Shown here: piece after piece, positions 52,434 through 57,781 of the stretch
How the letters are laid out: the number at the start of each line of letters is the position of its first letter
Numbering within the stretch: the first letter of the stretch is position 1
Assembly: GCA_050251015.1 (NCBI GenBank)
Contig: JBFWNO010000004.1
Location: 1-57,781 of the forward strand
Direction of reading: 5' to 3'
Length of the DNA: 57,781 bases
DNA from: Planctomycetota bacterium
Lineage (GTDB): Bacteria > Planctomycetota > JBFWNO01
Position numbers and translations under genes: made by a program
The notes under the pieces: generated by a model
What the model was told of the DNA's origin: nothing
The model's database searches: none
Seen by the model: the letters and a program-made list of their open reading frames with translations, nothing else

Positions 52434-54569
52434 ATGCCATCAAGACTTAAATACTTTTCACTTCTTTTGACCATGAGTGGCATCTTGTGGGTGTTCGCAC
52501 AAAGTACGGCGTCGGGAAAGGAAGGCTCAGGTCCTTCAACCGAAACGACCACGGAACCGGAGGTCATTGAGTCGCTCTTCAACCCGAACAATCGGGTGAT
52601 CCTGGCCCTCCATGACACTTCGGAAGGTGGGCGGTGGGATGAGAGTTACATCCATAAATGTGCCGAGATGCCCCTGAACCATTTGGGATGCAAGCTCCGT
52701 TATCACGATGTGGCCAAGGGACTTCCCACTGAAGCCGACATGGAAGGCGTCAGGGGAATCCTGACCTGGTACATGGATGATTCCATGATGGATGCCGCAG
52801 CCTACTGCCATTGGCTGAGGGGATTGATCGAAAAGGGTTTGCCCTGTGTGATCATCGAAAATTTGGGAGCCCGAGAAGATTTGAAGACCAAGACGATCCT
52901 TCCGGAGGGGCTTCCTAATTCGGTTCTCATGGCGTTGGGTCTGGAGACGGGGGGATTCTCGTCGACCCGCAACCTGAAGATCCGGGTCAAGAGCAAAGAT
53001 AGCTCTATGGTGGAGTTTGAGCGTTCCCTCGATGGGCCCCTGAAATATTTCCGTGAGATCAGGGCTCGGCACTTCGATTCCAAGGTGTATCTCACGCTCC
53101 TGCATTTGGATGCCCCCAAGGCTCTTTGTGATGCGGTGGTCACAACACCGCGGGGTGGCTACGTGGAAACGTCCTATGCCCTGGCGTCGGATCCCGATTC
53201 TCCGGCCCGTCAATGGCGCATCGATCCGTTTCGATTCTTCACAGAGGCTTATCGACTTCAGGACAACCCCCGACCCGATGTGACCACGCGCAATGGCCGG
53301 CGACTGTGGTTTTCTCACATTGACGGCGACGCCCTGACGAATGGGTCCTTCCTCGGCGCCGACATTCTCTCGGGCCAGGTGATCATGGACCGCATCCTCA
53401 AACGCTACAAGCTTCCCTTCACCGTGTCGATCGTGACAGGGCTTGTGGACGAAGCAGGTCTGGGGACTCCCGAAGTCGTCAGCATGGCGCGGGAGATGCT
53501 GTCCCTGCCCAATGTCGAGCCGGCCTGCCACGGCCACGCCCACCCTGCGGAATGGGAAGAGTGCACCCTGACTCTCACCAATGTCCCGAACGCCCCGGAT
53601 TATTCGTCACAGCGTGAGATCACCTACGCCACCAATTACATCAACACGCGGCTCCTATCCAAGGACCAATCCGTGAAGATCTATCTCTGGACAGGGGATT
53701 GCCGTCCCAAGGAAAGTGATATCGCCATCACCCGCAAGCAGGGTCTCCTGAACATCAACGGCGGGGACACGCGCATGTATGGATTGTTCTCGTCGTATAC
53801 CTGGGTGGCGCCCTTAACCCGTCAGGTGGGATCCCACCTGCAGGTGTATTCGGGCATGGCCAACGAGAACATTTTCACGGGACTGTTCACCGACCCCCTT
53901 TACGGATTTGTGAATGTGATCGACACCATCAATAACACCGAGAGCCCGGCCTGCCTGGGCCCTGGCCGGCAGCCACGCCGCGTGTGCCCCATCAACATCT
54001 ATTTCCATTTTTACATTGCTGACAAACTCGGAGCCTTCAACAGTCTGGTCAAGGTGATTGATGCCAGCACCAAGGGTCCCATCGCGCCCTGTTATGCCAG
54101 CGACTATGCCCGTTCAGTCGAGGGCGCTATGGACATGACATGGACTTCCGAGGGTCCCGGCCTGTGGAGGGTCAGGAATTTCGGGAACTGCAGGACCCTG
54201 AGGTTTGACGATGCCGTGGGGGGTGTGGACTTGGAGCGGTGCAAGGGCGTCTGGGGCTTCAAGCGGCTCGACACGAGGCTTTGGGTGCATCTGGCTGAAG
54301 GGGAAGAGGCTCTCATTCAACTCAAAACATCCGGTGACACCGGGAATCGTCCGTACCTGGAGGAAGCCACTCCCCTGATCACTCAGTTCAAGCCGGGTGC
54401 TGACAGGATCGAGTTGGCTGTTGATAGCCTGGAGCCTGGCGAGATCGTTCTGGCCGGAGTGTCCGGGACTTGGCGGATTGAAGGTGGAGAGACTGTTGAT
54501 GCCAATGGTCAGGGCCGTTTGGCACTCTCGTTGAGCTCGGGATCTCATGTGCTGACGAGGTCTCCTTGA
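52434..54569 (+). CDS. Secreted multidomain protein with a divergent polysaccharide-deacetylase-like metal site (function tentative)
   Basis: Signal peptide MPSRLKYFSLLLTMSGILWVFAQS. WFSHIDGDALTNG (DxD) is followed about 75 aa later by ACHGHAHP (HxxxH), reminiscent of the CE4/CE18 Asp-His-His arrangement. The N-terminal ~230 aa and C-terminal ~150 aa were not recognised. Confidence 0.7.
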   Translation: MPSRLKYFSLLLTMSGILWVFAQSTASGKEGSGPSTETTTEPEVIESLFNPNNRVILALHDTSEGGRWDESYIHKCAEMPLNHLGCKLRYHDVAKGLPTEADMEGVRGILTWYMDDSMMDAAAYCHWLRGLIEKGLPCVIIENLGAREDLKTKTILPEGLPNSVLMALGLETGGFSSTRNLKIRVKSKDSSMVEFERSLDGPLKYFREIRARHFDSKVYLTLLHLDAPKALCDAVVTTPRGGYVETSYALASDPDSPARQWRIDPFRFFTEAYRLQDNPRPDVTTRNGRRLWFSHIDGDALTNGSFLGADILSGQVIMDRILKRYKLPFTVSIVTGLVDEAGLGTPEVVSMAREMLSLPNVEPACHGHAHPAEWEECTLTLTNVPNAPDYSSQREITYATNYINTRLLSKDQSVKIYLWTGDCRPKESDIAITRKQGLLNINGGDTRMYGLFSSYTWVAPLTRQVGSHLQVYSGMANENIFTGLFTDPLYGFVNVIDTINNTESPACLGPGRQPRRVCPINIYFHFYIADKLGAFNSLVKVIDASTKGPIAPCYASDYARSVEGAMDMTWTSEGPGLWRVRNFGNCRTLRFDDAVGGVDLERCKGVWGFKRLDTRLWVHLAEGEEALIQLKTSGDTGNRPYLEEATPLITQFKPGADRIELAVDSLEPGEIVLAGVSGTWRIEGGETVDANGQGRLALSLSSGSHVLTRSP

Positions 54570-57500
54570 ATTTCAGGTTCCGCCATCTGGCATTCTTCAC
54601 CCTCGGTGTCCTTGTGCTTGCGGTTCTCCTGTTCCCCAAGCCTCGTGAACGGGCCCTTTGGGAAAAACGCGGCGGCGACTTGGGCCGCATCATCGACAGG
54701 CACCGTCGTTCGCTCAAGGACAGGCCCGAGGATGTGCTTCTGAACAGGGAATTGGCTAGCTTTCTGATCGAAGTCACCAGTTTCGATGAAGCTAAGTCCA
54801 TCCTGGAGGGACAGATTGCCCGGGGCCAGGAGCCTGTGCTTGCGGCCCGCGTCCTGGGCCAGATGCACGAAAACCTGGGTGATCTCAAGAGGGCCAATGA
54901 CTACCGGATCATCGCGTCTCGGGCCGATCCCCTCAACACAACCCTGTTGTTCTTCGCCGTCAAGCGGCTGATGTGGATGCAGGATGAGGGCCGGGCCATC
55001 GATCTCATGCAGAATGCCCTGGCTGCGGGCCTGGTGCCCACCGAGGAATTCTGTCAGCTCCTGGCCCAGGCCTACGAGAATAAGGGGCGGCTGAATGACG
55101 CCCTCGTCTGGCGCCAACGTCTGACAGTCCTCAAGCCGCGCAGTCTCAGGGCCTGGCTCGACCTGGCGGACATCAATCAGCTCCTGGGTTACCAGGGCCC
55201 GGAACTGGCGATCCGACGGAGCATCTGGGAAAAGACCTCCGACATCGAGCACGGACTCTTCTACGCGTCGCGGCTTGATGAGTGCAACCTCGACAAGCAG
55301 CTGCAGGAATTCCTGGCCTCGCTCTTGGTGATCAGGCCTAATGACATCACGATCCGCCGTTTCATTGCCGCCACGGTGATCAAATCCCGAGACATGGAAA
55401 AAAGACAGTCGGTGGACGACTACATCAGCCAGTGGGGAAAATCAGACTATGTGTTGCGCTATGACTATGCGACCTGGCTCTATGAGGTGGGAGATCCAGG
55501 TGCCAGCGCCACCTTTGATTCGCTGTTGACGGATGCCGGTGACCAGCTGGCGCCGGAATACAGGGCGAAGGCGCTGGGCAACCTGGGGCGTTACCGCGAA
55601 TCGGCGGATCTTTGGGAACAGCAGATCGAATTCCATCCCATGGATGCCAGGGTTGAGCTGATTGATTTGTGCATCAAGTTGGGCCGGCTCGACCAGGCCG
55701 TGGGTCATGCCCGCGCCCTCTGGTCGCTGTCACCGACCCTTGACAGGGGCCTCGCCCTGATCGACCTTCTGGTGGCCACGGGGAGGGTTCCAGAGGCGCT
55801 GACCTTCCTCAACGATATTGAAGAGCGCCATGGTTTCGTGCAGGAAGTGACGGCTCGCAGAGCGCTCCTGGCAGCGGAATCTCGCCTGGAGGCCGAGGCC
55901 CAAACAGCGGCAACGGAACTTGAAAAGAGGGGTGTCTTTCCGGCCACCGTGCTCTTTGTCCGTGCCAAGCTTCTCCATGATGCCGGTAAGAACGCCGAAG
56001 CGGAGACCCTTCTCTCGCACGGGCAGGTCCGGGGTGTGAGCTCGGATGCCATGATGACCTCGGGCCAGATCGACTCTTTGCGCTGTTTCAATGCTTTGTC
56101 CTGGGCGGAAGCCCCTAAGTCCCTGGTGGGCCGGTTGGTGTCCGCCCAGGAGTTGGCTGATCCTGCCGATTTCGTGGTGCCCTTCAGCCATGTTCAATGG
56201 CTTCAGAACGCCGGCTTTCGCGAAGAAGCTGAAGCCAAGGCCACCCTCCTGCTCTCTCGCCTCGAGAACCCTGTCAGGCCTGAAGAGCGGATCATGCGTG
56301 CCCGCATGTTTGGTCTGATCGGGCGCCGTACGGACAGCATCCGGGAATGGGAATCGCTCCGCCAGGAACGCCCGCTGGAGGCCCTGACGGCGTTGGTGGA
56401 ACTGCGCGAGGCCGACGGCGACATCGCCGGAGCCCTGCGCGACAGTACCGACCTGGTGGAGCTTGATGGAAGTCGTTACGTTTTGCGACGCCATGCGTCC
56501 CTGCTGGCCCGCAACGGCCGGAACAAGGAAGCTGCCGATTGGCTCGGGCAACTGATCCAGAAAAACCCGGGTGACAAATCTCTCATCCTGGACGCCCTTT
56601 GGGTGCATCTTGAAGCCGGACTTTTCGCCGAGGCCGAACCTGTGTTGCAGGCCTATGAAGCCGTAGAAAAGGGCCCGGCCCCGTCCCTGTTCCGAGCGGC
56701 CTTTGCCCTGCGTCTGCAACATCATGCCCAGGCGGTGGCCACCCTCAAGCCTCTTGATGAATCCCTGTTGGAAGAGGGTTGCCCCGAATTCGGGGGAGCC
56801 CGCGATGTGTCCTACACGGCCTGCACCGCCCTGATCGGTGCGAAGGATGTGACGACCCCTCTGTTCGGGATGACACTCACCGATTTGGTCATCCGTCACC
56901 TCAAAAAATTTCCTTCCGATGCGACCCTAGCCCTGACTCTGGCGACCCTGGAACGTGAAGCGGGAAGGCCTGAGTCGGCTCTGGCCTGCTTGGAGGCCGC
57001 TCTTGAACACCTGGGGTCCGTCTCCGATGACTCGGCAAGGTTGGAAAGGGCCAGGATCCTCACGGACATGGGGAGGCCTGAGGCCGTTTCTGCCTGGGAA
57101 CCCCTGGTCGCCAAATACCCCGAGGCGGCCCTGCCGGCCCTTGTGTCCATCCACCGCAATGCCAAACGCTGGGAAGAAGCCGTGGTATGCCAACAAGAGT
57201 TGGTGGAACTTCGTCCCACCCGCGACAACCTGACCAGCCTGGCGTTCCTCCTTGATGAAGCGGGGCAGAAGGAGGCGTCCATTGCCGTATGGCAGAAGTT
57301 GATCCGGGAGAACAAGGGTGACACGGAGGCGGCCCGTTTCCTTGTGTATTCGCTTCTGGATTCCGGTGATTCCGCACGGGCCCTAGGTGTGATGGACACC
57401 TACCTTGAGGCCGTTCCCGACGACGAAGCCATGAGGATCCTGCAGTGCCAGGTGTTGGTCGGTGCCGGAAGCTTGCGCGAGGCCCTGGCCTCGTTGTCGG

Positions 57501-57781
57501 CCCTGCCGTCGATCGTCCTCGACAGTTCACGCTGGTCTCCGGCCCTCTCCACGCCCGAAAGCCTGCGTCTCGTGGTGGATGTCTTTATCAGCCAGGCCCC
57601 CGAGGATGTTGAGGCTTCCTTGGACTTTGAACCCAAGGCCGTGCTGGCCCTCCGTCAACTACCTCCCGAGGATGCGGTCTGGAGATACCGCTATGCCCTG
57701 TGGCTGGCGGCCAGGGGGAGGCAGGAGGAGTCGGAATCCCTCCTGGCGGAGGTCCTGGAGGGCCCGGCGGTGTCGAGCGAG
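54566..57781 (+). CDS. Large membrane-anchored TPR-repeat protein, 3'-truncated by the window end (PelB/PgaA/BcsC-like scaffold candidate)
   Basis: Not in the supplied ORF track because it has no stop. I translated it by hand: the frame is open from 54500 to 57781, and TTG at 54566 forms a TTGA overlap with the upstream stop. It starts LNFRFRHLAFFTLGVLVLAVLLF (TM), then gives 1072 codons of helical repeats (e.g. AQAYENKGRLNDALVWRQRLTVLKPRSLRAWLDLADI). The antisense ORFs listed here are shadows. Confidence 0.8.
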   Translation, partial: MNFRFRHLAFFTLGVLVLAVLLFPKPRERALWEKRGGDLGRIIDRHRRSLKDRPEDVLLNRELASFLIEVTSFDEAKSILEGQIARGQEPVLAARVLGQMHENLGDLKRANDYRIIASRADPLNTTLLFFAVKRLMWMQDEGRAIDLMQNALAAGLVPTEEFCQLLAQAYENKGRLNDALVWRQRLTVLKPRSLRAWLDLADINQLLGYQGPELAIRRSIWEKTSDIEHGLFYASRLDECNLDKQLQEFLASLLVIRPNDITIRRFIAATVIKSRDMEKRQSVDDYISQWGKSDYVLRYDYATWLYEVGDPGASATFDSLLTDAGDQLAPEYRAKALGNLGRYRESADLWEQQIEFHPMDARVELIDLCIKLGRLDQAVGHARALWSLSPTLDRGLALIDLLVATGRVPEALTFLNDIEERHGFVQEVTARRALLAAESRLEAEAQTAATELEKRGVFPATVLFVRAKLLHDAGKNAEAETLLSHGQVRGVSSDAMMTSGQIDSLRCFNALSWAEAPKSLVGRLVSAQELADPADFVVPFSHVQWLQNAGFREEAEAKATLLLSRLENPVRPEERIMRARMFGLIGRRTDSIREWESLRQERPLEALTALVELREADGDIAGALRDSTDLVELDGSRYVLRRHASLLARNGRNKEAADWLGQLIQKNPGDKSLILDALWVHLEAGLFAEAEPVLQAYEAVEKGPAPSLFRAAFALRLQHHAQAVATLKPLDESLLEEGCPEFGGARDVSYTACTALIGAKDVTTPLFGMTLTDLVIRHLKKFPSDATLALTLATLEREAGRPESALACLEAALEHLGSVSDDSARLERARILTDMGRPEAVSAWEPLVAKYPEAALPALVSIHRNAKRWEEAVVCQQELVELRPTRDNLTSLAFLLDEAGQKEASIAVWQKLIRENKGDTEAARFLVYSLLDSGDSARALGVMDTYLEAVPDDEAMRILQCQVLVGAGSLREALASLSALPSIVLDSSRWSPALSTPESLRLVVDVFISQAPEDVEASLDFEPKAVLALRQLPPEDAVWRYRYALWLAARGRQEESESLLAEVLEGPAVSSE

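Noticed and set aside
52536-53543. 335-aa minus-strand ORF
   Set aside because: It is antisense to the 711-aa secreted protein, which has a signal peptide and coherent domain-like sequence. The antisense product is rich in H/R/G/P.
54545-57530. Series of minus-strand ORFs (54545-55252, 55705-56091, 55730-56899, 56896-57399, 57060-57530)
   Set aside because: They tile a region where the plus strand has one uninterrupted frame of 1072 codons. That frame has a coupled TTG start, a TM helix and coherent TPR-like repeats. The minus-strand products are fragmented, mutually overlapping and rich in R/G/P.
1-57781. CRISPR array, prophage, IS element or integrase
   Set aside because: The short G/C palindromes are few, dissimilar in spacing and embedded in genes, so they are not a regularly spaced repeat-spacer array. 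No ORF shows transposase (DDE), integrase (R..H..R..Y), capsid or terminase features.

Overview
GC-rich, very gene-dense bacterial chromosomal window: about 50 CDS and one tRNA. I saw no transposase, integrase, prophage or CRISPR signal. All functions below come from motifs I recognised in the supplied translations; no database search was possible.

Left half (89 to about 29.5 kb): one large envelope-glycan locus. It holds seven large polytopic membrane proteins with a GT-C-like layout (an eighth lies at 38 kb), two GtrB/ArnC-type polyprenyl-phosphate GT2s, three other GT2s (one fused to a GNAT) and four GT4s. It also holds four paralogous SAM methyltransferases, CE4 and LmbE deacetylases, an SGNH esterase, a DegT aminotransferase and an SDR. 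It ends in a sensor-less REC-histidine kinase. I could not recognise any Wzx, Wzy, ABC exporter or initiating phosphoglycosyltransferase. This is my main candidate for an undescribed system: periplasmic glycan assembly driven by polyprenyl-P-sugars, with Arn-like 'acylate, load, deacylate, transfer' logic.

Right half: housekeeping genes (mnmG, gltX, gdhA, an IDH/IPMDH-family gene, pyrB, pyrC, lysC, valS, tRNA-CAT) interleaved with accessory genes. The accessory genes are an ECF sigma factor fused to a TM/coiled-coil/helical extension, a stand-alone Cas4/AddB-type Fe-S PD-(D/E)XK nuclease, a sensor adenylate/guanylate cyclase, and a PelA/PelB- or PgaB/PgaA-like trio. The trio consists of a GH-like lipoprotein, a deacetylase-like secreted protein, and a TPR ORF of more than 1072 codons that runs off the window and is missing from the ORF track.

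Other features: short palindromic REP/MITE-like elements are inserted in frame in several CDSs, including valS. Gene packing is extreme, with 17 four-nt start/stop overlaps. All four convergent junctions overlap, and all four divergent junctions are 63 nt or less.
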